Positions 19,788 through 30,028 are shown, numbered from the stretch's first letter. The stretch: 64,000 nt of DNA from Terriglobia bacterium (GCA_965198225.1 CBDAOY010000006.1:608001-672000), one strand, 5' to 3'. Notes: generated from the sequence alone by a model not told the origin. A program made the numbers and translations.

Positions 19788-20069
19788 ACAGAGGCAAGAG
19801 GCGCCCAAACAGGATTAGTAGCTTGCGCTACGGAGTCCAGCATACAGGCCAGAACGCAGGAGCTGCAAGAAGACGATCCACGGCCATATCTTCCTCCCGC
19901 CAAATGACAAAGAGGTATTTCACTGGCAATCATGTCTTGATGGACGGGTGCGACCGGCTCGAACTCAAGAGTCGTCGACAGAGCCGAACGTGCTGGCGAG
20001 GTGTTCCTCGACCGCGAAGCCAGCAGCGGACGGAAGAGCACAAGCGGCCTGAAAGGCCACATCGTCGAT

Positions 20070-20109
20070 ACCGGTAACGGAGTATCGGCGACCATACGGA
20101 CAAGTGAAA
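20070..20109. repeat. Junction palindromic site (40 bp, left hexamer degenerate)
   Basis: ACCGGT-AACGG-AGTATCGGCGACCATACG-GACAA-GTGAAA. Confidence 0.65.
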
Positions 20110-20317
20110 TAGCTAAACGCTGCGTAGGAAGAGTCGGCGACGGTCTTCGCGGGATTGGCTGGTGACCGGTCGTTACCAGGGACGTGCTCCGAGCCGCTAC
20201 GCCAGACGATGTGGCACAGCAAGCTGCTCGAATCGCCGATCGGAGCGCAAGTTGCCGACACCGGGATCAACCTTGAGACCGACTTACGTGGCGTCAGAAG
20301 TCGCCCACAAGGGCTAG

Positions 20318-21854
20318 GAGTCTGCGCGGCAGAGCGCAAAGAACTCGGACTGATTGGGATTTGAGAGGGTCTTCGGAGGAGAATCGACCGATTCTTCCGA
20401 TACGACGAGTTCAGAGTTGTACGGACACCCGTAATTGGCCGTGTATCGGGTCTGCCGGGTTGCGGTTTTCCGGATTATGCCCATTCGATCTTCCCGTTCA
20501 TCCGTCGTAAGTTCACCGCCAGAGTGACCAGATTCCACTCCCCGGTCACTTTGTCCAAACCGCGTAGACTGAACTGTCGGAATCCGAGCACCGACTTGAT
20601 CCACCCGAAGGGCGGCTCACCAATGTGCTTTCGGGCCCGGTAGCGGTCACGCCCACGCTTGGTTTTCATCTTTCTCATCATCCGACCAACAGCGGTGTCT
20701 TTGGGTGGGAGTGGGGCACGGGCGAGATCCTTCTCGCGACCCATCGCAACATACCCGTCAATCTGACGTTGTTCCAACATCCCCAGATTTGACTCGGATC
20801 GATATCCCGCATCGGCCAGCACGCGGTCGGGACGCTCCCCCAGATTGTCGCTCAACGCATCCAGCGTGGGTTCCAACTGCCCCACATCCGATGCATTGTC
20901 AGTCACCGTTGTTGCCACGATGATCCGGGCCTGGGAATCCACCACCGCTTGCGCGTTGTAGCATTGCTGGAACCCTTCGGTGGAGGTCTTCATCATCCGG
21001 CTTTCCGGGTCGGTGAAGTTGTCCTGGGCCGTGGGTTTAGGTTCCCCCATGGGACGTTTGAATGGCTTCTTTCCGCATCCGGGTTTGTGATCTTTGGTGT
21101 TCCGTCCCGCTTCCTTGTCCGCGGCCATCTGACGTTCTTCGAGCCGCTTCATGGCCGCCTGTATCGTGGCCAGGCGCTTCTTGCGCGTGGCCAACCCGTC
21201 GGGCAGTTCGTCTCCGCGCCGGTCCTTGCCGTATCGCTCGTCTTCGTCCTCATCGGTCGCCTCGGCCCGGTTCAACAGATCCCGAATCTGTTCACCCAAT
21301 TCGGTCTCCTGCTTTTTCATGCGTTCGTAGCTCATCGCTTTGCGTTTGCTTGCATTCGCCCGCATCTTGGTCCCGTCCACCGCCACGGTTCCCATCTTCA
21401 CCAGTCCCGCTTCCCGCGCCATCATCACCACTTGCACAAACAGGTTTCCGAACTCCTCAAGATGCAGTTTGCGAAAATCCGAGATCGTTCGGTGCGCCGG
21501 AAAGTTCTCCGCTCCCAACATCCGGAACGCTACGTCGTCGGTCAACTTCGCCGCGATCTTCCTGGACGAGAACACTCCGGTCGCGTACCCATAAATCAGC
21601 ACCTTCACCATCATCCGCGGATCAAACGCCTGATTGCCCGGACCCTCGGTTCCATACCGCTGTTCGAACGCGCTCAAATCCATCGCGTCCACCGCGTCCG
21701 ATATGAAGTACGACAGGTGATCTTCGGCCAACCAATCTCTCAACGACGGTGGCATCAGCAGTGTTTGTTCTGGGCTATAAGTTCGATAGGTTCGTGCCAT
21801 GACATATCTTCGATCTTTATCCGCCCAATTCCGGTCCTTCTGCCGCGCAGACTC
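20318..21854 (-). mobile_element. IS1182-family insertion sequence
   Basis: Perfect 16-bp terminal IR GAGTCTGCGCGGCAGA. CTAG target duplication at 20314-20317 and 21855-21858. Confidence 0.92.
20475..21800 (-). CDS. IS1182-family DDE transposase
   Basis: 'AVDGTK', 'NFTDPESR', 'LADAGY', 'EPPFGWIK' motifs. Confidence 0.95.
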   Translation of the reverse strand: MARTYRTYSPEQTLLMPPSLRDWLAEDHLSYFISDAVDAMDLSAFEQRYGTEGPGNQAFDPRMMVKVLIYGYATGVFSSRKIAAKLTDDVAFRMLGAENFPAHRTISDFRKLHLEEFGNLFVQVVMMAREAGLVKMGTVAVDGTKMRANASKRKAMSYERMKKQETELGEQIRDLLNRAEATDEDEDERYGKDRRGDELPDGLATRKKRLATIQAAMKRLEERQMAADKEAGRNTKDHKPGCGKKPFKRPMGEPKPTAQDNFTDPESRMMKTSTEGFQQCYNAQAVVDSQARIIVATTVTDNASDVGQLEPTLDALSDNLGERPDRVLADAGYRSESNLGMLEQRQIDGYVAMGREKDLARAPLPPKDTAVGRMMRKMKTKRGRDRYRARKHIGEPPFGWIKSVLGFRQFSLRGLDKVTGEWNLVTLAVNLRRMNGKIEWA

Positions 21855-21976
21855 CTAGCGAGCGTGTCTTCATCTGCCTTCCCGCGTCCTTGTCAAAAGG
21901 GTTTCTTGGCTGTACGCTGCCTCGTGGCCCACCAGGGAGCCTGTATGTCAGATTCTTGGTGCATGAAGGAGACGCG

Positions 21977-23185
21977 ATGCACGGTTCTCGGAATGCTCTC
22001 GCCCATATCGGAATTCTCCTCGGGGTAACGTTCTTTACATCGGCTGGCGCGGCCACGCAGGGAGGTCGTGGTGGCGTGCAGATTCAGTCAGGTGAGTCGT
22101 GCCCCCAAGGCATGACTGAGGTCCGCCCGCAGACCTGCAGGGCACCGGAGTTGCCTCCGCCGAGCATTGTGGACTACCGGCCCGAGTCCAAGCTCGTCAC
22201 CGAGGAAAGCCTGGTCCCACGGGCCAAGTACCCGGTGGTAGACGTCCACGGTCACGCACGGTCGCTTGCCACACCCGGTGTGATCGACGACATGGTCACC
22301 CAACTCGATGCACTGAACATTCAGGTCTATATCGCCGCCGACAACCTTTCCGGCGAGCGCCTTCGCGATAGCATCGAAGCGATCGAAGCGAGCCCGCACC
22401 GCGACCGCTTCCGAGTCCTGGCGGGAATCGACTTCAGCGACAAGGAGCCCGGTTGGGGCCAAAGGGCGGCAGAGCGGCTCGAAGCCGATGTCCGGGCCGG
22501 TGCGATCGGCGTCGGTGAGGTTTCGAAGAGCTTCGGGCTCACGATCACCAAGGCGGATGGCTCTCGCCTGAGAGTAGACGATTCCGAGCTGGACCCGGTG
22601 TGGAAGACGGTGGCGCGGTTGAATGTTCCGGCGTTCATCCACACTGCGGAGCCGGCGGAGTTCTTCCAGCCGTTGGACTACCAGAACGAGCGGTGGCTGG
22701 AGCTGGCGCTCTTCCCGAATCGGAGGAACTACGGTCCTGATCATGTGACGTTCGACGAGCTGATGGCCGAGCGGGACAACCTGTTCCGCAGGCATCCGGA
22801 CACGCAGTTCATCGCGGCCCACTTTGGTTGGCACGGTAACGATCTGGCGCGCGCAGCACGGCTGCTCGAAGAGTTTCCGAACGTGGTCCTTGAAGTGGGG
22901 GCGATCCTATATGACTTGGGCCGCCAACCGAGAGCGGTCCACGATTTCTTCGTCAAGTACCAGGACCGTATCCTCTTCGGGAAGGATAGCTTCCAACCCG
23001 TCGAATATCCCTACTACTGGCGCGTCTTCGAAACCACCGACGAGTACTTCGACTACTACCGCGGCTATCACGCGTTCTGGAAGCTCTACGGCGCGGACCT
23101 ACCCGACGAGGTGCTGAAGGCGTTGTACTACCAGAACGCACTCCGGGTAATGCCTGGCTTGCCGCGTACGGGCTGGCCAGAGTAG
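21977..23185 (+). CDS. Amidohydrolase family protein (TIM barrel), secreted
   Basis: DVHGH metal motif, 'FIHTAEP', 'AAHFG', 'DRILFGKD'. Signal peptide. Confidence 0.9.
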   Translation: MHGSRNALAHIGILLGVTFFTSAGAATQGGRGGVQIQSGESCPQGMTEVRPQTCRAPELPPPSIVDYRPESKLVTEESLVPRAKYPVVDVHGHARSLATPGVIDDMVTQLDALNIQVYIAADNLSGERLRDSIEAIEASPHRDRFRVLAGIDFSDKEPGWGQRAAERLEADVRAGAIGVGEVSKSFGLTITKADGSRLRVDDSELDPVWKTVARLNVPAFIHTAEPAEFFQPLDYQNERWLELALFPNRRNYGPDHVTFDELMAERDNLFRRHPDTQFIAAHFGWHGNDLARAARLLEEFPNVVLEVGAILYDLGRQPRAVHDFFVKYQDRILFGKDSFQPVEYPYYWRVFETTDEYFDYYRGYHAFWKLYGADLPDEVLKALYYQNALRVMPGLPRTGWPE

Positions 23186-23346
23186 AGTGCGGTCCCGGGG
23201 GGCTTGACCACCACCGGTTCGGAAGAGATGCTCTGTGCTCATGGCGTCAGTGGAGATGGGCGGGCCCACGACCGTGGAAACCCAATTGGCACACCGCCGG
23301 CACGACAAGTCGAACCCCCTTTCAAAAACGGAGGCTCTCAACCACG

Positions 23347-23383
23347 ATCCACGTTATCGTATAGGCATTACAGTCATGTGGAT
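23347..23383. repeat. Junction palindromic site (37 bp)
   Basis: ATCCAC-GTTAT-CGTATAGGCATTACA-GTCAT-GTGGAT. Confidence 0.75.
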
Positions 23384-23740
23384 TGTCGCGGGCTCGGTTT
23401 CTGCTAGCTATGTTAACGCGCGGACCATCGGCATCGAATCGACTTGCGGGAAAAACCATCAGAAATCGTTAGGCCGTCCGGCGTGAGGTCGTAGTCCCTG
23501 TATTGATTGAGTAGGATGAACCCTTTCAAAGTAACACCGTGTTAATCTACCAACGGACAGAGTCCGTTCCTTCCAGAAGATCCGTCGTTTGCAATCCCGC
23601 CCCGGCCGGTCTATCCTCAAAATGATCTTTTTCTGAAAGGGTCTCTTTTTTCTACGATTCTTTCCTCGACTGTCTTTCACGTCACCCATTCTCGTGACCG
23701 TCGACCGTCAAGAATAAGAATCCCCGATTCAGGATCTCTT

Positions 23741-24066
23741 TTGAACGATAAGCAATCGATTCGTTACGTCGGCTTCGTGTGCACGGAGAACGGAGGCCAT
23801 TGTTGGATTTGTCCGTCCTTCCGGCCAGTGGCGCGCCGACGCAGGTTTTCATTGATATTCCGGAGCCGCATTTCAGCGGCGCGGATCGGATCCTGTTTCA
23901 GGAAGCCGCGGGAATCTGCTATCTCAAGATCAAGGAACTCTGTCAGGTGGGCACGATCCGCAACACACCCCGTGTGCGCCTGACCGCAACCGACATCGAA
24001 CGCTACAGACAGGTCGTTCAAGTTTCAGGTCGCCGGAAAAAGAGTCTCCGCAAGCGCGCGGTCTAG
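23741..24066 (+). pseudogene. Paralog of 18991-19293, frameshifted at ~23793
   Basis: MNDKQSIRYVGFVCTENG continues in another frame as RPLLDLSV...DRILFQEAAGICYLKIK...LTATDIERYR. Confidence 0.7.
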
Positions 24067-24120
24067 GAAGCGCTCTGAAGCCAGAGAAGTTTCGAAGTTC
24101 TATTCGAAGGAGCGAGGTCG

Positions 24121-24345
24121 GTGCAGTTATCGCGATGGGCCAGATCTGCCGATACGCGTTGGTATTTCGGCGTGCGTTGCCGTCGGTGCCGAACGCCGAT
24201 TCTATTCGGGGTAGATCACACGGCTGGAGAAACGCCGTTCACACCCGTTGCAAAACTCATACTGACCTGTGCCGCTGAGGCATGCGGTCACCAAGCCGAC
24301 TACAGCAATGCGACCGTATCGCGATTCCAGAAGACCCAAGAATAG
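24121..24345 (+). CDS. Small Cys-rich, putative Zn-binding protein
   Basis: CRRC...CAAEACGH. GGAG/GAGG upstream of a GTG start. Confidence 0.65.
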   Translation: MQLSRWARSADTRWYFGVRCRRCRTPILFGVDHTAGETPFTPVAKLILTCAAEACGHQADYSNATVSRFQKTQE

Positions 24346-24384
24346 CTACGAAGAACGACCGGCGGATGCCGCCAGGAGGTCGAG

Positions 24385-24546
24385 GTGAAAGCGAAGAAGG
24401 AGACGATCCCGGACATTCGCGTCTGGTGTCAACACTGTTGCATCCGAATCTCACCCAATGAAGACCGGGTTGCCGCCGGTGATAAGGTCTACCATAAGCA
24501 CTGCTTTCCCAAGCGGCCCCCCGTCGAGAGAGCTAAGAAGGAGTAG
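24385..24546 (+). CDS. 53-aa microprotein with a CxxC-x18-HxxC finger (absent from ORF track)
   Basis: AGGAGG RBS and GTG start. MKAKKETIPDIRVWCQHCCIRISPNEDRVAAGDKVYHKHCFPKRPPVERAKKE. Confidence 0.7.
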   Translation: MKAKKETIPDIRVWCQHCCIRISPNEDRVAAGDKVYHKHCFPKRPPVERAKKE

Positions 24547-24620
24547 CCGCTGTTTCCGCTTCCGATGAGTTCAATATGTACCGAAGGTGACATTCAAACT
24601 CATCTTGACGGGGCAGCTTA

Positions 24621-24660
24621 CGCCAGCCAGCTGAACGGGTCCCGTTGAGTAAGGGTGGAT
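24621..24660. repeat. Junction palindromic site, degenerate (40 bp)
   Basis: CGCCAG-CCAGC-N18-TAAGG-GTGGAT. The right arm is nearly identical to 33941-33956. Confidence 0.5.
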
Positions 24661-24785
24661 CGGTAACGATCGGTCGCCTTGTGTTTAGGAACGCTCGATT
24701 GACCTGCCGCTGACCAGCCTGCACGTGTTACTGCCTAGCTAGTGTGACATCTGGATGGCCCTGTATTCATGGGGTCTTCGTGAGA

Positions 24786-24825
24786 ATCCACTTTTCCGTG
24801 TCGCCGACTTTACGGCAAGTCGGGG
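24786..24825. repeat. Junction palindromic site closest to the E1 target
   Basis: ATCCACTTTTCCGTGTCGCCGACTT matches the E1 left flank ATGCACTTTTCCGTATCGTCGACTT at 22/25 positions. It continues TACG. Confidence 0.8.
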
Positions 24826-24848
24826 GCAGAAGGCTCGAACACAGGTCC

Positions 24849-24905
24849 CTAAGGCACTGGCACACGTTCCTTGAGTTCTTCGAACCAGTTCAGAACAACT
24901 GTGAT
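24849..24905 (-). pseudogene. Isolated C-terminus of a kinase-TolB family protein
   Basis: ITVVLNWFEELKERVPVP*. Confidence 0.7.
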
Positions 24906-24989
24906 CGGGATCGAACCGGTTTCGGCGGCCGGTCGGCTACTCGTAGATGTGCATGGGCGCTAACAAGAAAAGTGTCCACTGCATTGACC

Positions 24990-25142
24990 TCAAGCCCCTT
25001 GCCTCGTACTCTTCTTCTCCGGATTTGCTCGTGCGGTTCGTTCCTGCAGTGCTTTTCGAACTTCCCGGATACGTTCTCTCATCCGAAGTTTTGCCTTGCG
25101 CAGACGGTTGAAGCGCGCCTTGTCACCATTTCTTGCGGACAT
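24990..25142 (-). CDS. 50-aa highly basic microprotein (absent from ORF track)
   Basis: GAGG RBS. MSARNGDKARFNRLRKAKLRMRERIREVRKALQERTARANPEKKSTRQGA. Confidence 0.65.
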   Translation of the reverse strand: MSARNGDKARFNRLRKAKLRMRERIREVRKALQERTARANPEKKSTRQGA

Positions 25143-25260
25143 CTGTCACCTCACATAATTCAGCATTCAGATTCTAGTCATTTGTGAACGAATAGAAAGT
25201 GTCCTCTTGCTAACGGAACGACAAAGGCCACTGGATGAACATTCAGACCCCCGGCTTTCC

Positions 25261-25296
25261 CGACGAGATCCACAAGGAAGTATCGGCGACATATCA
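25261..25296. repeat. Junction palindromic site, left half
   Basis: CGACGAG-ATCCAC-AAGGA-AGTATCGGCGAC, compared with the E1 left flank CGACGAG-ATGCAC-TTTTC-CGTATCGTCGAC. Confidence 0.75.
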
Positions 25297-25625
25297 GGAA
25301 TTAGCGGGAGTCAGTCGTTCGGTGCGCGTACTTGCGACGATTGATTCGACGAAACTAACGAATACAGGTTCGAGTAGGACTCTCGCGTTCGGGCTGTTGT
25401 TCCATGAGTACCAAACAGACGGAATCGGATAAAACTTAGCGATGAGGTGCTTGAGCTCCTCAAGGCCAGACGGTTTGTGTGACGTTGGCGCGTCAAGCAA
25501 GGTTTTCGCCTTCGCGGGGCGGGGGGTCACTCTTGCGGAGCAGACCCGAGCGCCGACAGCTACACTAAAACATTGTCACGCTCGGCCAACGTTATTGTAT
25601 TCTCTGTCCGGACTAATCGGAGGGA

Positions 25626-27005
25626 GTGATGAAGAGACTTGTGTTGCTGTTGCTGGTACTGGCGGCCTCGACGGGCGCAGAGGCGCAAACGAAGAATTGG
25701 CCCGCATTCCGAGGCCCGGGCGCGCGGGGTGTCGCAGACGGCAAAGTCGTCGTTTCCTGGAACGCGGATGCCAGCGAAGGTGAGCTCCGGAACGTTCTGT
25801 GGAGTACCGAGATCCCCGGTCTTTCCCATTCGAGCCCCACGATCTGGGGTGATCGTCTCTTTGTCGTGAGTGCGATCAGTTCCGAAGACACAAGTACGCT
25901 CAAAGTGTGTATTCGCTGCGACGGAGGAATACCCGCCGACGACAACGGGGAGCAAACCTGGGTCGTCTATTGTCTCGACAAGAATACCGGCAAGATCCTC
26001 TGGCAACGCACCGCCAAAAAGTCCATCCCCCGAGGGAGGCGGCACCCGAAGGCGAGTCATGCCAACCAGACAATAGCGACAGACGGCCAACGCCTGATCG
26101 TTTTCTTAGGTTCCGAAGGCGCCTATAGCTATGACCTTGATGGCAACTTGTTGTGGAAAAAGGATCTTGGCTTTATCGATGGTGCGCCGATCAACTATGG
26201 GGGCGGGGACTGGCAATTGGGAACGGCCAGTTCGCCGATCCTGTTTGAGGACACCGTTGTGCTTCAGGCCGACCAGACGCAGGGCTCGTTTCTTGTGGCT
26301 CTGACCGCGGCAGACGGAGACGAGCTGTGGCGCACCTCCCGCGAGGGCGTTTCCAGCCAGAGCTGGGCGTCGCCCACGGTCGTCCGATCGGGCGACCGAA
26401 CGCAGGTTGTCCTCAATGGCTGGCCTCACGTTGCAGGGTACGATCTGAATAGCGGCAAAGAACTCTGGCGGCTGCGGTCTGCAGGAGATCTTCCTGCAGC
26501 AACACCGGTTTTCTCGAACGGACTCATATACGTTTTGGGCTCGCACGGCCCAGGAATGCCGCTTTTTGCCATTTTCCCGGACGCGTCGGGTGACATCACG
26601 CCTGAGGAGGGTTCCACTGAAAGCCCCGGCCTGGCGTGGTATGTTCCGCGCAATGTCCAGGAGACCATGGCGACGCCTCTCATTCTCGACGGTCTGGTGT
26701 ATAGCATCGCCGACAACGGCGTCCTCAAGGTGTACGATGCGCTCACGGGTGAGAGACAGTACACCAAGCGGGTCGGTCCGGGCGTGGGTTTCTCGGCTTC
26801 ACCAATCACCGTGGATTCCAAGATTCTCTTCGCGAGTGAAGATGGCGACGTCTATGTTGTGAAGGCCGGAACGGAGTTTGAGGTGCTGTCGAAGAATTCC
26901 ATGGGCGAGCCGGTGATAGCCTCGCCGGCGTTTTCCGACGATGTCCTGTACTTCCGCACTCAAGGTCACGTCGTTTCGATCGGTTCCGTGACGGATCAAC
27001 GCTGA
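25626..27005 (+). CDS. PQQ-binding-like beta-propeller protein, secreted
   Basis: Signal peptide, 'NWPAFRGPGARG', 'SHSSPTIWG'. Paralog of 3035-4429. Confidence 0.9.
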   Translation: MMKRLVLLLLVLAASTGAEAQTKNWPAFRGPGARGVADGKVVVSWNADASEGELRNVLWSTEIPGLSHSSPTIWGDRLFVVSAISSEDTSTLKVCIRCDGGIPADDNGEQTWVVYCLDKNTGKILWQRTAKKSIPRGRRHPKASHANQTIATDGQRLIVFLGSEGAYSYDLDGNLLWKKDLGFIDGAPINYGGGDWQLGTASSPILFEDTVVLQADQTQGSFLVALTAADGDELWRTSREGVSSQSWASPTVVRSGDRTQVVLNGWPHVAGYDLNSGKELWRLRSAGDLPAATPVFSNGLIYVLGSHGPGMPLFAIFPDASGDITPEEGSTESPGLAWYVPRNVQETMATPLILDGLVYSIADNGVLKVYDALTGERQYTKRVGPGVGFSASPITVDSKILFASEDGDVYVVKAGTEFEVLSKNSMGEPVIASPAFSDDVLYFRTQGHVVSIGSVTDQR

Positions 27006-27034
27006 ACATCGAGCGACTATTCATCAGTCTCACC
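26995..27034. repeat. Junction palindromic site, degenerate, overlapping the stop codon
   Basis: ATCAAC-GCTGA-ACATCGAGCGACTATTCA-TCAGT-CTCACC (6-5-18-5-6 spacing). Confidence 0.5.
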
Positions 27035-27058
27035 ACAGACCCCCAAAAGGCTCAAAAA

Positions 27059-27799
27059 CTAAGGGAGGGCTTCCCGGACACAACGAAAGCCGATGTCCAA
27101 ATCGAAGTGCTCGTATCGGGGCTCGGCGACCGAGCGAAACGTTATCCGTATATACTCGGCAGTGTCGTTCCACGAACCGCCGCGCATTACGCGAAACTGT
27201 CCCTGCGGCGGTCCGGTGGGATCTGACGCCGGGCTCGATTCGTAGTACTTCTCCTCGTACCAATCCTGCACCCATTCCAAAACGTTGCCGTGCATGTCAT
27301 GCAAGCCCCAGGCATTCGGCTGCTTCTGGCCTACCGGATGCGTTTGATCACCGGAATTCCTGTCGTACCAACCCATGGCGTCCAGCGGTCCGGCGTACGC
27401 TCCGGTGGTTCCGGCCCTGGCCGCGTATTCCCATTCAGCTTCTGTCGGCAGCCGGTATCGGTACCCGTCGTTCCGGTCGTTCATCTTCTCCAGAAACTCC
27501 TGCGTAGCCTGCCACGTCACGTTCTCCACCGGAAGGTTCGATCCCGCGAATTTGCTCCGGTTGGTTCCCATCACGGATTCCCATTGCGTCTGCGTCACTT
27601 CGTACTTCCCGATCTCGAATGCCATCGTGATGCGGACCTGGTGCGATGGCTCCTCGTTGCTGTCGCATTCAGAGTCGTTCGAAGAACAACCCATCAGGAA
27701 CTCTCCCGGCTGAATCTTCACAAACTCCATTTCCGCTTGTTGCGCAAAATGCGGAACCGCAGACAGGAACAACAACACATACAAGGTCACTCTGCTCAT
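27059..27799 (-). CDS. Formylglycine-generating enzyme (FGE/SUMF1) family protein
   Basis: 'RLPTEAEWEYAARAG', 'PNAWGLHDMHGNV.EW', 'RGGSW', 'IGFRC'. Confidence 0.92.
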   Translation of the reverse strand: MSRVTLYVLLFLSAVPHFAQQAEMEFVKIQPGEFLMGCSSNDSECDSNEEPSHQVRITMAFEIGKYEVTQTQWESVMGTNRSKFAGSNLPVENVTWQATQEFLEKMNDRNDGYRYRLPTEAEWEYAARAGTTGAYAGPLDAMGWYDRNSGDQTHPVGQKQPNAWGLHDMHGNVLEWVQDWYEEKYYESSPASDPTGPPQGQFRVMRGGSWNDTAEYIRITFRSVAEPRYEHFDLDIGFRCVREALP

Positions 27800-27833
27800 A
27801 CAGCCTCCCTGAGCGATTCAGACAACCACCCGA

Positions 27834-28017
27834 TCACTCGAAGTCCTGGCTGTGCTTGTCGGTGATCGCGTCGTGGCCGATCGTCGTGCCGATCATGGAC
27901 CCGCCCGGCGTGACTTTGATTCTGGTGCGTCTTTGGCTCTCCACACCTCGCCCATGCCGCCCGTTCCGAGGCAGAAACGATTTGGTAGGGTCCGAGTGTC
28001 GACCCGGGCTGGATCAC
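27834..28017 (-). pseudogene. Two tandem N-terminal relics of Ser/Thr kinase genes
   Basis: MIQPGSTLGPYQIVS/(shift)LGTGGMGEVWRAKD, followed by MIGTTIGHDAITDK. Confidence 0.7.
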
Positions 28018-28176
28018 CCGTAGATAAGACTATGAAAGGGACTTGTGGTCAATCAGAAGGTCACTTCCCTGAAATACCGCTTTCTCGGAAACGTACCAAT
28101 GCCCGGTCGGCGCCGGTCGGTCATGGACGTGGCTGCTTCTCAGGCGAGGGAACGGATCGTCACGCGCACGCTGAGA

Positions 28177-29490
28177 TCACTCCTCGTCGACTTCACCGAC
28201 GCCGAGAAGCTCGTTTCTGGCGCAGACGACGAAATCAGTCTCGAGCATGATGAAATTGAAGGCGCGTGCCTGTTTCTTCGGAAGCCGGGAGGTGGCGAAC
28301 TGACCGAGGGAGCGGTCGAGAAGGCGCAGCGCGCGTCGCAGATCCTCGTTCTCGACAGCGGCGGCACCGCGATCGGCAGCCAGCGCCTGGCTCGTCCAGA
28401 TGGCCATCGGGTAATTGATGGCGAGTTTGGGAATCGCTTCGACGAATGGCAGCGACTGCTCGCCGGCGAGAAGGTAGCGTTGGCCGATGATCTTGGCACA
28501 CAGGAAGCTCTTGATCCTGCTCGCACCCTCCCGCTCGACAAAACTTCCGTCCACCTCAGTAATCTGTTCGAACGTGGCTGTCAACTCCCTGTTGTCGACG
28601 TAGGGCCTCTGCTCCGCCTTCCGGTAGCGATTGCCGATAGCGATGCGTTTTCTCTTCGCCGCCTCGAGCCTGTGGCCGCGCAGCAGATCTTCGTTTGACG
28701 TTGTCGGATTGAGCACCAGATAGAGCCATTGAAAGAAGATAGCTCGCTGCGTGCGGTCCATCTGTCCTTCCCACGGCATCTTGCTTATCTGGATTGGAAG
28801 CCCCTGAGAAAGGGCTTGGCGCAGTTGGGCGGCCGACTCGGTTGAGGGGTCTCCCGTGGTCGCCAGTCGGCTGTACTCCAGCAGGCAGCGAACACGATCG
28901 AAGAGGGACAACGAAGTGTCGTCGAGGAATGCGAGCATGTACTGCTCGATCTGCCACAGGATCTCGTCACTCAAAGCGGACTTTTCGTTGAGGTGGTGCT
29001 TTCGAGGTCGCGGGCTGCCCAGTTCGGTTTCGAGCAAGAGGCTCCACTCCGGGACTTGAGCCTTGAGTTCGGCCCCTTGACCGAGGCTGACAGCGCGACA
29101 GGAGAAGGCACAATCGACCGCGATGCGCTCCTTCAGAGGATAGAAGTGGAAGGGGTACATCCTGCACATCAGCGGCTTGCGCTCGGCACCGAAATGCTCG
29201 TGAATGCGGCACTGGCGGTCGGATCCGAGATAGATGCATGCACCATCCTCGCGCTTCTTCAAACGCCGCCCCGATCCCCCGCTCGAACCCGTAGCCGAGA
29301 CGCCCGGGGAGACACCAACCAGATCGTCGGCGCGTCCGCGCCAGTCGAGGCTAGCCAGCGACTCCGCCTCCTCGGGCGTCAGCAGGATGTTGGTGTTGAC
29401 GCAGCAGTCACCACACCCACTACACGTGAAACGGAGGTCGGACGGATAGTCGAAATCTGCAGTCACGAGGCAAGTCTCCCTCCCCAGCAT
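28177..29490 (-). CDS. YkgJ-like (CxxCxxCC) Zn/Fe-S cysteine-cluster protein
   Basis: CSGCGDCC, 'GACIYL', 'CRIH', 'KPLMCRMYPF'. Confidence 0.85.
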   Translation of the reverse strand: MLGRETCLVTADFDYPSDLRFTCSGCGDCCVNTNILLTPEEAESLASLDWRGRADDLVGVSPGVSATGSSGGSGRRLKKREDGACIYLGSDRQCRIHEHFGAERKPLMCRMYPFHFYPLKERIAVDCAFSCRAVSLGQGAELKAQVPEWSLLLETELGSPRPRKHHLNEKSALSDEILWQIEQYMLAFLDDTSLSLFDRVRCLLEYSRLATTGDPSTESAAQLRQALSQGLPIQISKMPWEGQMDRTQRAIFFQWLYLVLNPTTSNEDLLRGHRLEAAKRKRIAIGNRYRKAEQRPYVDNRELTATFEQITEVDGSFVEREGASRIKSFLCAKIIGQRYLLAGEQSLPFVEAIPKLAINYPMAIWTSQALAADRGAAAVENEDLRRALRLLDRSLGQFATSRLPKKQARAFNFIMLETDFVVCARNELLGVGEVDEE

Positions 29491-29540
29491 AGTCGATCAG
29501 CGGCGAGTCGAACTCTTCGAGACCTTGAATCTCCTACATC

Positions 29541-29585
29541 ATCCACATCTACGGTTAGCCGGCACGACTACTCGCTCAAGTGGAC
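29541..29585. repeat. Junction palindromic site (45 bp)
   Basis: ATCCAC-ATCTA-CGGTTAGCCGGCACGACTACTCG-CTCAA-GTGGAC. Confidence 0.75.
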
Positions 29586-29707
29586 TGTTCGGGATCCCCG
29601 GTCTTGATCAGAACCGATTTGATGGACATAGATGTCTGGATCGGTCAGCATCGCGCTCAAACGTTTCTGGTGATGAAACGACGGCTTCCAATCCAGAGGA
29701 GGGTGTC

Positions 29708-30028
29708 ATGAAGGCCTGGGGACTCGCCTTTCTTGTTCTTGCTTACGCCCCGCCCATCCCCGCCGCCCCACAGCAGGTCGGCGGCGTGGAGTTGATGGAA
29801 CTCACCGTCGCCCAGACCCACACAGCCATACTGGCCCGGACCCTCACGGCGCGGCAGCTCGTGGAGGCGTACCTGGCACGCATCGACGCCTACGACAAGC
29901 AGGGCCCAACCATCAACAGCCTCATCATGCTCAACCCCCGATGCCTGGAGCGCGCCGACGAGCTCGACGCCTACCTCGTCCGCACCGGACGCCTCATGGG
30001 GCCGCTCCACGGCATCCCCTTCATCGTC
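29708..30028 (+). pseudogene. Truncated amidase (N-terminal ~107 aa only)
   Basis: Signal peptide, 'LVEAYLARIDAYD', 'GPLHGIPFIV'. Homology ends where the catalytic KD should follow. Confidence 0.8.
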
